The translations under genes were made by a program, and so were the position numbers. The notes beneath the pieces are model-generated. The model was not told the DNA's origin, searched no databases, and saw only the letters and a list, made by a program, of their open reading frames with translations. This document shows, in pieces, positions 28,901-42,298 of a DNA stretch of 64,000 nt (positions within the stretch are counted from its first letter, which is position 1; every line of letters starts with the position of its first letter). Origin of the DNA: Glycera tridactyla (lineage: Eukaryota); NCBI GenBank assembly GCA_965644265.1, contig OZ286470.1, forward strand, positions 9,424,001 to 9,488,000, in the 5' to 3' direction.

Positions 28901-29638
28901 CCGCCATGTTGTGATCATCTCAGGATGTATGGACCACTCCTGTCAGTGGGGAAAACATGAACAAGTGCCTGAGATTACCAAGACATGGTGTACAAAAGAG
29001 TTCTCCGGGGCTATGATATTCAGCTTTAATCAATCAAACCTGTATACAAACATAAAATCCTCACTAAGGAAAATATCTCTTGTCGTGGATTCGCAAAAAA
29101 ACACTTGAAGATAAAATTCGCGTTTATGAATGATGTCATTTAATCATCGCTTCCCTATTCAGTCGGGGTGTTGCACTAGAATAATCCCGCCATCTTCATC
29201 ATGGCGTATTAAATCGTGAAATTTGGATGAGGGATGTAAAACTTCATTTCGAATATAGATAGCGTGAATTCATCATGAGATTTATTTCTCTCACACGAAA
29301 GGAAAAGCCGCATCCATGACGGCAAATAGCCGGCCTGTAAAATTCACAATGTAGTACCCACGTCTCGGCGCTAGGTGACACTATGCAAGCATCTCTCAGC
29401 CAATGGTGCTGAAGAGTTCCTGGATTAGCATATCATGACGAAATGTACATAAAGACTCATGTGTCCCCATCGCCATCACAATCACCGTTACCATAACGTT
29501 TAATATATTTGCACCTTCCGTTGGGGACCCAGGAGGAAGAGTCTAGTAATCCCAAGCAGGCCCATTGCATGGGCGTCATAACATAGCACTTGTGGTTCTG
29601 ACCACAAACCATAACCAACCAACTTCATCATCATCGTT

Positions 29639-29692
<54 letters not shown>

Positions 29693-32270
29693 GTCATCCT
29701 CATCGTCGTTATCATTGGGAGTAATCCGACAGTAGCAATTGGACATCGCCACCACAGGTGCTGATTAATCAAGATGGCTGCACCCACCCATACACAGTAC
29801 ATTAGCCGATTGCATATGGAGGTGTATTCTATTGTACTGGTACATCACTCCATGATGGCAGTCTATTCTTCACACATATACCTGACATGGAAGAGAATAT
29901 GGTTTCGATAAGCATCTTGCCTGTGTGACCAAGAGACTGATTTGCCTAATAATACCTGGAATTGTCGCCATCTTCCCCCACCAAAGAGAGGTGACCGTGT
30001 CATATGGGAAGAATAGGTATCCTAATTACTGATGTGCAACCCTGACTTTATCTTTGTACAAGGTACTCGCGGTACATGGGGCGAGCGGCCGCTGAAGTCC
30101 GCACTGTCGGAGCGACGCAAACTGTTCGTGACGACAAAGTACCAGAGTAACTCACTCGACTCTGCGTATCCCTATGGCTACGGTCGATCGAAGGATGACC
30201 CCTACTACTTCGACGATTATGACGAAGATATCGAAGTCAATCGGCTCATTGCACAAGGCAAAATACCCTTAAATAATCCCTCTTGGATCTTCAATCATCA
30301 AATTATTCGTGATCACGAACCCTTTTTTCATCTAGTTTGGTTTGGATATTGCGTGAGAATAGTTTGACATTTATTCTTTCTTCTACTGGCACTGCTATTT
30401 GCTGGATAGCTTAGTGATAAACAAGCAATAAACCATGAAGCAAATCAACATCGTTGTAGAATCCTAAGTGTTATTTCGGAGTTTCCAGAGACATACTTCA
30501 TACGTTTCACAGCAGAGCATGCATGGTCGAATTTCTGTTAGATCGAATGTGATTCATTCTCCAAATATGATTTCAATGACATGACCAGCATGTAGAAACT
30601 TATGTGGTGTTTCAGAGTGTCTAGAGATATACTGTATACTTTTTTACAGAAGATAGGTGTTCAACTTTCTGATAGATCGAATGTGATTCGTCCTCCAAAT
30701 TGAATTTCAATGGCATGACTAGATTGTAGGAAACTCCCTACGCTCATTGGACATTATTTCAGGTGGTTTATGTACTTTCAAAAAGGATATACTCCCATTT
30801 TTGTCATTTAAACGGCAAAAGTTTCCTGACCCACCATAAAACATTATTTCTCAGCTTTAGGCCTAAATAATCTGCCTGTCGAGTGTATTCAAAACACGAA
30901 GTATACCAAAATGTAGTAGAGTGATGCAAATTTTCAGGAAATCAGTCACAAAATTCGAAATCCAAAAGTTCTGGTAATTGGTTTGAAATTCTCAAATCTG
31001 AAGATTTTGGAAGTGCATGGGATAGTTTGGTCATGTTTCAGGATATTGTATGTGAACAGTGGCATTTGAACAAACAGATGACCGAATGACACACCATCTG
31101 CAATAAATTTACCTGGCTGTATTTGTGAGGAAAAAGCTATCCAACTAACTGTTGGTCACTCAGTTCAGTAGAAAACTTTGATCGTTTTATCCGCGGCTTG
31201 ATAGATTAGTGCTGACTATTTAAGGTGTATATCACAAATATGTTTTATGGTCAGTGTGAATTGAAATCATTGGGATACACACACTAAATCTTTGATTCCA
31301 ACGTATATGGAAAGCGTATCTATCTACACTGATGCTTATTGTGTGGGGTTTTGGTGGGGTATCGACTTAGTATGGAATTTTCATTTTGTATTTCCATTTC
31401 TCTTTATTTCAACAGCTTTTCTATATTATCTTACTTTATTCTGCTTGGTTTCCTCAGATGCTCCCTGGTGTTTGTGACATGATTACATAGATGTGTGCAT
31501 CCTTCAGTTTCACAATAGTAAGCTTGGCCAATATGAATACAATCGCGATGGAATTCGTCCGATGCATTTCAAAATTATTGAATGTATTTGATAGAAACGT
31601 CATCAAAAACACTATCAAAATCAGAATATTCACTGGGAAGTATGCTAAACTAGAACCTCTCAGATACGTCTCCACGGTATCTCTGCCACCCTCATGAACA
31701 TACTGTGTGGTCATCCATATACTCCGAGTGGTCTGATTAGAAATCTGGGTGATGAAAATTCTATTTGCAGATGTCAACCAAACCTACTTAAGGTGAAAAC
31801 ATACTCACTGAGTTAGAACTTGAAAGACCAGAGAGTAAATTGATAGACCTTCAATGCTGTCGATTACATCATACAAAATAGTATCGGGAAGAAACTGTGT
31901 ATATGATGACCACTTTCGTGATGCTACTGATCATACCGCCGGATCGTTGTAACTATGCTAAATGACTTGCTCAGTGCCATGATCCAATGTTCTTACTTCA
32001 TCCGAGAAGAAAATAATAAGCAATAATATACAATGATAATGGCATCGATGATGAGTGGAATGGTGGAGGGTATTGGATGCAATGATGTAGAGAGGATGGT
32101 ATATATATATCATAGCTTGTATACCACGATTTATCATGCATGAAACGTGTCTGCAGTAGAAAAGACAATAGCGAGTCACGTGACTCTGCATTATGACATA
32201 GCCATGTGCCAGTGGTCCTGACAAGTTGTATTCCATACACTTATATCAAAGGCCCACTCGCACAAATCGT

Positions 32271-32333
<63 letters not shown>

Positions 32334-35300
32334 TATCATAAACCAAAAACCTTTCACTGGATTCTTGTGAAACATACTCAAGCCAATTTCTTGAATCTCC
32401 CCATCGAGTCTGTGGGTCGAATTTCTGAAGAGGGGTACAGCTACCCTTGTTCTGGGGCAGCCATCTGTAAATGAGAGCTGTTTGAACGGGACTGCCGCTT
32501 CATGGTTTGACAGAACTGCCCTATGTTGGTACCCTTTTGGTGAGGCTTGATTGCTTGTTTCCCCACATTGCTTTTCTTTTAGAATATTTTTCTATTCCAC
32601 AATTTATTAATTCTTCCTCATTCCAAGCATTTTTTTGCTTCAGTGCCTTGAGACTTTCAACTTCGGGATTTTCCTATATTACGTTTGCATGGAGATGATT
32701 CTGGTGCTTTTTTTCTGATCTTTATTCAATGTATTATAAATCGATATAGCTTAAACGATTCCTACCTTCTTTATCTATATAAAATAGAGATTAGGTTTAC
32801 CTGTCATCAAAAAGGAAGTGGATGGGCAAGTGAGTGGTGTGGATCGCAGACTTTGCGTATACATTATATAGACTGTATGTAACTTCCACAAACGATATCG
32901 GATATGATGTACATATGGAATATATATAGCTGAAGTGATGTGTGTCGTTTTAATCGCAAGTTGAAATGGTTACATGGATAATATAGGGCAACATGTGGAA
33001 GGGGGTGGTTGTGGGAGTACCAAGGCATGGTGTATTTGTGGAAGTAACCATGACGGAGGACCTGAAAAACTCGAGTTTATACAGTTGATGATTTGTTGAG
33101 CCAAAGCAACCAATAATAGTTCGAAATCAATTATGGTTTATATGATAAGGCAATTGATAATTGGCTCTCATATTAACTTGAAGATTCTTAGTCACACATC
33201 ATGCAAGTTACCGAGATCATTGAAATGCGACATTTTCGCAAGGATAAAAACTGGTTGGTATGATACATACAAGAGCGTTATTTCCTTTGATTGGTTGATG
33301 GTAATGTTTCATTGTACTCCATCCATACTCTAGCAGAAACCAGTTTTTGAATTGTGGATGATATCTCCTTGGAAACAGGATGTACTTTGGGGAGTATATC
33401 ATTGAGGATAACTCGAATACAGTTCGTGAAAGAAAGAATTCAGTGATCATGGCTATGCAGTTATTGTCTATATCCCAGAAGAAAATAATGTGGATATTCA
33501 CATGTTCAAGATATCCCCCCCTGCTTGTGATGGTAATCTCAATCAACCCATTAGATAGTCATCTTTCTTCCTTTATTCAGGTTCCTGATATCTAAAAAGA
33601 TTTGTTTGATTTGTCTGCCACATGCACGTGATAACTTTTCCGGTACCTCACCATCTTGTTTTAGGGGTCTCTGTGAGAGTAATGCTAGTAGGGAAGAGAT
33701 TAACCAGGTTTCAAGGATCAGGAACATATGGCCTTGGGTTGATAGAAGCCATAAAATCCCAAACAATCAACAAACCAGCCAGACTGGTTTTACACAGGGT
33801 CTGGGTTTGGGATTGGGAGTCAGTGGCTTCTGGAACATGCTGATGGTTGCCTCATGCGAGTTAGAGTCCATGCTGATGCAGTCATGATCTCGCTGTGATA
33901 CATAATCTGGTGCTTATCCGAAGGGTACCCCAGTGGGCATTTGCATCCTCCTACTTTCTAATCAAAGCTTGTGCTGGGGGTATCTCCTAAAGGACTAACT
34001 CTTCCGAGGGAGCCAATGTTAGTCTGTACCGTAGCCGAAGATGTCAGACCATGCGGAAATATTTGTCTGAAAACCCTAAAAACGTTTCTCAAATGCTATT
34101 GATAATATGCCTATTTCTGGGAGGATTAGATCGAGACTGAATGTGAGTTCTGCATGGTTTTTCCTTCCATGTGTATATGAGGAGAGATTGTATGCATGAG
34201 GTGTGGTATATGATCTTGCTTAACATACAATAAATGAATGTGCCTCGAAGATATACTACGTAAATGTTTCCTTGTCATATATTCCATACTCCATCCCTTT
34301 GCCCCCTCCCAGTCATCCACCTGCACATTTGCTTTATCTACCCACGCCACCCATGCCCAACCCCACGAATTTGGATGTTGTGTATATTATCTTTATGGAG
34401 CAGGTTGGATACAGGCCATAGGAGACAGCTGGCGGTTGGTATGACAGCAGCACCACAAGTTTCCATCTACTTAGCCTGTTTGGGTATCAGAAATTGAATT
34501 TGACACTATCAGTTACCTCAACATCATATATCTATTTCGAAGGAAATCAAGATGCAGTACATACTACAATGTTGTGATACAGGTTCTGAGTGTCTGATGA
34601 GATTCAAAGTGGATTTATATTCTCCAGGGCTGTGAATGAAGCAAGGACTATCTAGACGATGAACACATATATGCGTATACCTTGTATTAATCAGCATGTC
34701 AGTTGAATATTTCTTCATTGAATTTGCTTTGGTTCAAAACCACTTATAGGAGATATAGTTCTATTGGTCCAATAATACTTGACCAGTATGAGATGATTCA
34801 CAGAGGGTCTTTTCCTACACATCAGTAGACGCCGCGGATGGGTACAGCAGAAACTACCTGTGAGTAAGATACCTCGAAGTACACATTCATGATATATGAC
34901 GTGAATATACGAAATCTAACCTGATCTTGCTTCTTATTTCACCTAAAAGCGACAGTGAAAACAGCCAAGGAACGTCGAGTTCGCTTTATGCAGGAGACCA
35001 AATCTCAGTCGCTGGATACGCCCTATCATCACACGCACGAGCAGCATAAATTGAATGTGGACAGGGACAGTGACTCTATGCAGGAGAGATCTCACAGCTT
35101 CACCGCCATCACCCAGTGCCATCATAATGAAAAATGCAAGTATCACTATAGTAAACATATCACTTTATCTTTAATTGTTGGCTCATCGTTTAAATGTGCA
35201 GTGAAACATACCATAGGCGATTACAAAATGAAAACAATGACACATCGCTATTTCAAAGTAGGAACTGAGATTTAATTCCTGGAAAAGGTATGTGATTGAC

Positions 35301-38300
35301 ATGTAATGTAAGCTGTCATGCACATTATCGAATAGTTGCTACCTCACTCACCACATAATCATGATATTCACAGGCAGCTGTTGCTAGAGAAAAAACACAT
35401 GCCACCCAGATGAATTATTCGAACCCTTACTTCAACATTTGGGCATTTCCCGTGCCATGGTATGCTTCACATCCATATTGTGTCATGTTTTATCTGATTT
35501 ACCCCCAAAATTGCATAGTAATGCTAATGCATTTGGTTCATGCCACCGTAGAATGAAAAGCTATTGAAACCCATATTCGAGCCACCTTGCATGAATTGTA
35601 TAACAAGACTACATGATTGTGATGGAGATGTGAAACATTTCATAAGGTATAGTTGGAATAGGAATATCACGAAACCGAAGTCCTTCGTCGATCCCTATGC
35701 TGATATCACCAATTGAAATGTAGCATATCTCATGGACCATGAATGTACTCTTGTTTTTGTACCACAGCCATCATCTTTGGTTCGAGATCGTTAGATTGAC
35801 TGGGGATCTGTCAATTAGAGTCAAGCATTCAATTCACCAGCAATGATCTGATTTTATATCACCCTCCCCACTGTATGTACTGGTCATACACCACTGGCTG
35901 TGGTATGAATCGTGTTATCGCATCAGGCGTGATAATGTAACCCTATGGCGTTTCTAGCAAGCACAGATGGTTTATAATATATATGGTGAACACTTATGGT
36001 TTCAACTTTCTCTTGCTTTCTGGAATACCTTGTCGATGCCATGTATGGGAGGGTTTCCTACCCTATGGGCATTTCCTATGAACCTTATAGCTAGCAGTAT
36101 CCTGTGAGGCGGATCTACTATCGTTTTAATGGATGAACTGTTTTGATAACTGATTCATAAAAAAAGGTGATCGAGAAACCTTTCTAAATGACTCCAGAAA
36201 TGACACCATGAGTGTCTGAATTCCGGGAATTGTGCCCTTCCAATGGACATAATTAATGCCACTCATACTCATATCAGGAGCATCTCAGTTCAGCCAAAGC
36301 AAGGCATTGCAGACAGGCCACAAACAAGTTTCCTTTTAAAAGAAGCCATCATGAAGTTAGATAAAGGGAGTGCCTGGGATATATTCCGGTATATTCATGC
36401 CTAAGCCCTTATATTTCGGTATATTCCAGTATTTTGGTTGATTTCAGTCTTTAGGGTCACCGTTCGGCAACTTCCGCACATTCGGAGTTTACTTTTGAAT
36501 CCAAAATGGCGATGCTTCTGCATTGGAGGTTAACCAGCAGATCTCGCGATACCTCATGTCACATGTCAACACAGAGAAGTGGATGGCCAATAGCAGGCCG
36601 ATCTGCCGAAACCCCCTCCTCTGACCCGAAACTCCTATCTAAATGAGTCGGCACCCGTAGGCGCCTACTAAAAGCAACTTCTGCAGCTGCCTCTGTGGCA
36701 TAGCCTATATGGTGTACCAAATGGCATATCTTTCTGATCAATTTGTGAGGTCACCCGTGCTTGCAGAGTTACAGTTGTTAAGTAGTTGCAATGGAGTTGA
36801 AGGGAACGCAATTCAATCTCAGTGTCTAAACTTTCTCCCACTATGGTCAAAAATTAAGTAACAAGATATTGAGTCTGTGTAAGACAACAATGTGATTACT
36901 ATCCCTGATGATGCTTGGTGTGAAGCTGGCATCTATAATGAGGTGGATAGTTTCAGACACTGGGCAATTTCTAACGTCTCAGGCATCTTACCCCACACAT
37001 AGTCATCAGTGTTCACCATGTATTCATTCGTATTCCATCTGGTTCGACTTGCTGAAACATCTACTCACTGTAGACATTGCATGTTTGCCCTATCCATTTA
37101 GTGCCTTCAGAAAGCTTCTCCATGTCCGACTAGAATCTGGTTTGTTTGACTTATGTTCCGTGAAGAACCCTCATTTGTTCATTTGAGTATTTGCGTTCAA
37201 AGCAGACAGGGGTTGCCATTCAGGGTTTTGATGGCATTATAAATTGTGTCAAATTTCCCAGATTTGATCATATACAAGAATGAATCATGATTGATCATGC
37301 CTACTAGGGCTGTTTGATCGCGTAGATTGTTGATCTCTGGTTCCTTCGGAGATCTCAGAAAGGTCATGTGTTTTGTATTCCAGCAGATATTGTCAACTTT
37401 CAACTTTAGAGATTAGGAACATCGATGGCATCTGATCCATGTGCCCCAGGATCCAATCACAATTCAAACAACGAACTAATCTTCTTGGACTCACCATGTG
37501 GTCTATATCTCAGTTCCTTGGAGTCTTAGTGTTTTATCTTCAGGTTGACGTGTACGAAATATTCCATTGTGAATACCATGCCAAGTTGCCATTGAAATCT
37601 TGCTAATGTATAGTTTCGAAGCTATGGCTGGCTGGCTGATAAGTACGAACCCAGGAGCTTGTTGCTCCTGTCCATCATTAGAACCATGCTATATTGAGCT
37701 GTTACTTTTTGCCCATTCCAAAGCTCGTTCACACACCCGAAATGGTCGTCATGGTGTTCTTCGCTATCAACGCAGTGTCTCCATAGAAAATGATGCATCG
37801 CCATCTGGCTCTGAGCACGAGAAATGGGAACGAGAAGCAATGCAGGAAAATATCTGGAAAGGCCAGCATAGACTTGCAGGCAAATATCATTTTTTATGTC
37901 TAACTCTGATAAAGTACTGGCCTGTTGGAGAACTGCTACAGCATCTATGTCTGGTTCATCAAGAATTTGTTTATCTTGTTCATATTTGGGTTATTCAAAA
38001 TATATACAACACTCATATGATATTGTTTTTTCACATTATCACAATCTCTGAATAAGTATCTACTGACTATACCATAAATTACGAATATATGGAGTACAAC
38101 TGATACGTAATTGAGAGGTTACCAAAAGGTGTGGGTTTAAAGTCACTTGTTAAGTAACATTTTACTTTGGCCTTTGAAGCACCGTATTGTCATATCAAAG
38201 ATTCACACCTCTCCAACCCATCTGATGGATCAAATTTAAATATTCAAAGATATTGCTGATGGCAATTTGTTCCAACATTTCCATTAGAGAACCATAGCAG

Positions 38301-41300
38301 CTGAAATCACCCACGTTATTGAGTGAGTACTCCAATGTCTTGTTAGACAGAGTACCAGACTGTGTTTGGGCACATCCAATAGTTTTGTTGCATGATCATT
38401 CGAAAATGGTAGCAGTTCTCTTATGGCCAGGAAGGTTGTGTTTGTGCCTTTCAAACTTGAACTTTGGCTGAAGTAAATGTGTGTCAAATGCAGCAATGAA
38501 GTTTTCTTGATTATCCCTAATAAGGATCATTGTCAGGGATGAACAGGAAGTTTTTGTCATAAGTACCTATATCAGTACGTCGTTAAACAGACTCAGTACT
38601 TGTTGATTTGTCCAGAAAATTACTCTAGCTAACAATGGTCCATCATCAAAATAATAACAATAACGAAAATACCAATATAAACTACAGTGAGGAGTATCCG
38701 AAAAATCTTACTTTTCTGAGGGCCGAAGCTTCAATTCTCATGATATCCCTCACAGATTAGTTGTCAATTGCGTACCCTTCAACATCTCTTTCGCCAGATA
38801 GTCTTTCAGTCTCATCATATCACACGTAATCTGATGGGATTACTAGCTATTATCTACTTGTCATGGAGACGTATTCGTGAAACTGACCAGAAAAGTGATT
38901 TATGAAAATGGAAGGTCTACAAATAAAACATCACTAAATGAAATTTTTGATAGAGAATCCTACTATACCCTAAATGACATGCAGAGGCATTCGCATGAAT
39001 CAAATTTTCTTTTGAATACCAGAATATGATGGATACCCTCTCTGGTCATCGCTTTTAGCTAATTTCTGTTGTGTCCCACGTTTTCAACAAAACCTTTTGT
39101 GCCCTCCCACTTGTTTGTCGTTGGCACCTGTGAAAAATATCAATAGGCAACTGTAAAAATTCCCATCGGAAGGTTATTCCTGTGCCTGGTAATCCCTGCA
39201 CTGTGCCTGCTATTTACCCCCTACATTATCCTTCGCATGCAATTTCATTATATCTGCAGGTGTATCATAATTTCACTGGATAACCAGAAACTTTTGGAAT
39301 ATTATGATGAGACACAGGGATAAGCCTAAAGGTTCTAATTGACAGTTGAATGATCATAATACCAGCTGTGAGTATTCAGGTGATATTTCAAGGATATCCC
39401 AACTGGAAATACTTGTGAAATAAAGTATAATGCCAAATTTGAATTTCGATATCATGCTGCTTTGTACTCATTTAATATAGTCTAGCCATTCCACTGCCTA
39501 AATCTCAGTTCTTTTCTATTCTCAGTAGCGATAATGTGCAAGCCGTTTCTATTCTATTTCCCACATCTTGCTCAGAATCCTATTTTATTTTATTATCACT
39601 CGAAATTACCTCATGAATCACTGAGAATTACCTCTTTTTCACATTTTTCACAACCTTCTTCATGGAATCTTAATAGTCATCACAGATGCGTACAGCATAC
39701 TGGTAACTAGCTCCAATTTGTGTAACACTGATAATTTTGTGCTGTTACATTTAAAAATATCTAGCTATTGTATCATCAATTACATATGTAAATAAGATGA
39801 ATAAATGAGTGAATTGTAGTGTTCATACAAGTATTTATCATCCATGTTGAAATTCAAAACATATGTTCCTGATATAATGGAAAACACTATTGGGAAGATG
39901 GGAAAATTATATTTCTGAGATCGCAATATTTCGGTACTTTAATCTCCTTTCACTCTGTTCTTTATCCATATGTCTCCTCTGCCTGATTGAATCTTTATAG
40001 AATGACTTTTTCATTTGGCACTCTGCCCAGCGAATGATAATGTGCAGGGTTCAAATTATTCTCAGTACAATTATATTCATTGAAGGTTGGATACTACCTT
40101 AGATTATACAGATGATAATGCAATGGACTTTAGCATCTTATTGAAGTGGAAGGATTATTCTAGTGAATGTCGTACAATTACCAGTGTGTGGGATGTCCTT
40201 TTCCCCTTGGTGATGAGTTATTGGTGTTTCCAAGTTCACCACAAATGATTCATCTTTTTTTAAATTCTCAACTCATGGATAGAAGATATTGTTATACTGA
40301 AGCATGATAATATGTTTGAAATGGCACCTAGCATGGCCCCGATTTTCATATCATATCACCTCCCACTGAGAATCCAGATGAATGATTACCATATGTGCAA
40401 ACCATCGATCAGAACACCTTCTCACTGCATATAGAGAGAGCAAAGTGTCGTGATCAATATGCATCTGATGAATGCATTAGTAATTGTATATCATTCGAAG
40501 ATGAATTTATCAAATATCACAGCCGAAGGGTGCAAAAACATGAGTATTTGTTGTTCAGCATCTATATGACCTGAAATCACCTCTTTGGAATGATACCCAT
40601 TTGTGATTACATTTCCGTAAGGTCTTTGAAAATTGTCATTAGGTCTATTCGACTGGTTGGTTCTGTTGAGTATGGCTGGTTTGTTGAGTACATTTTGTAT
40701 TCGGATGTTGCCTAACGCTTATTCATTGCGTACAATCTCAATGGTCATCTGACTACGTTGACCTCGTTAAACGAAACCTTTGGGTTGGCTACGACCATTC
40801 AGTACATTTCTGTCAACGCACACTCAACAAAACCGACCAGTCGAATAGGACTATTGTTTCTATCTTCATGGCGTTTTTTCGATTGAAACGATTCCCAGCA
40901 TAGTGATATATTTTGCTAGAATAGAGCAGAGATGAGGAGACCTGCATTGGACACATAGATGTAAAGATTTATTGATTTTTGTCTCTATGCTATATTACTA
41001 CTTTTATATCGCTTTTTATAAACTTTGATAGGTCTTTCTGAGAGGTTCTTTTCACTCCACTTGCTTCCGCTAGGCATAGCTATTCATCCCTGCAGTCACT
41101 TATGTTATATTGCATATTCATTTGCCTTGTCTACTTCTTTTTTTTCAACCCAAAAGCTTCGAAACACATTGAGGCCACCTCACCTTCAGGGGGTAGTGGT
41201 GCGAAGGGTGGACTGAAGGCAAGGCATAAGCGTCTTTTGATGCTGAAGGAGGGCCGTAGCCTCTCCCTTGACTCTCCCTTCATAGAGGAGGAGGAGGTAG

Positions 41301-42071
41301 TCGCTGCTGTTGACGCAATTGGCAGCACCCAAAAGAAATCCAACAGTTGGAGCCACGTATCCCAGTGGGAAAATCAAGGTTAAACATTGATGTGCAGGGT
41401 GTTGATTGTCATTGTCAGTTTTGGCGCCCTCCTCCGCTCTCCCAGATGAGACTAGTGTTTGTGATGTTTGCCTGTATGATGTTTCTGTTGTGTGTGTGAC
41501 CTTGATTCAAACTCGCGCGAGTGTCCCAGAGCTGGAATCATGATTCCCAGTGGGAGAATCAAGGTTGAATATTGAAGATTGGTGTTCTGAGGTACTAATC
41601 GTGATTTCCTTTCTTGCGCTGCTTTTCAGCCCAGATCCTTTTGGTGTGGTGTGCGTGGGTGTCTTGTGTGCTCTATTTTTATGGCTTTCCTCTATTGATT
41701 TCCTTCTTCCATTGTGTCACTTGTCTTCCAGTGATTTTAGCCTTAATTTTGGCCGGGCGCATGCTCACATTCATAGATTTATCGGTGGTCATCCACGAGG
41801 ATATATGTGTACATGTGTGGAAATGCTGTCATTCATCTATCCTTCCAGCAGTCCTTCAATTTGCGTATGTCTATCATCGTGTGTACATACAAACATACAT
41901 ATGTACACAAAAGTACATGCCGACACACACACACACATACACACACGCACACGTGAAAATGCTGTCATTCATCTATCCTTCCAGCAGTCCTTCAAGTTGT
42001 GTGTGCCTACTAGCATGTGTATATACAAACATACATATGTACACAAAAGTACATGCACACACTTACACACA

Positions 42072-42114
<43 letters not shown>

Positions 42115-42241
42115 ACTTACAATCACACACGTGTGAAATTGCTGTCATTCATCTATCCTCCTAGCAGTCCTTTAAGCTGCAGGTGCCTACTAACGTGTGT
42201 ACATACAAACACACGTATTTACACACAAGTACATACACCCC

Positions 42242-42298
<57 letters not shown>

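Noticed and set aside
36480-36760. CpG-rich patch with AAAATGGCG as another array exon or promoter
   Set aside because: All three + frames stop early, with no suitable phase-1 boundaries; a single motif is too little to call a promoter
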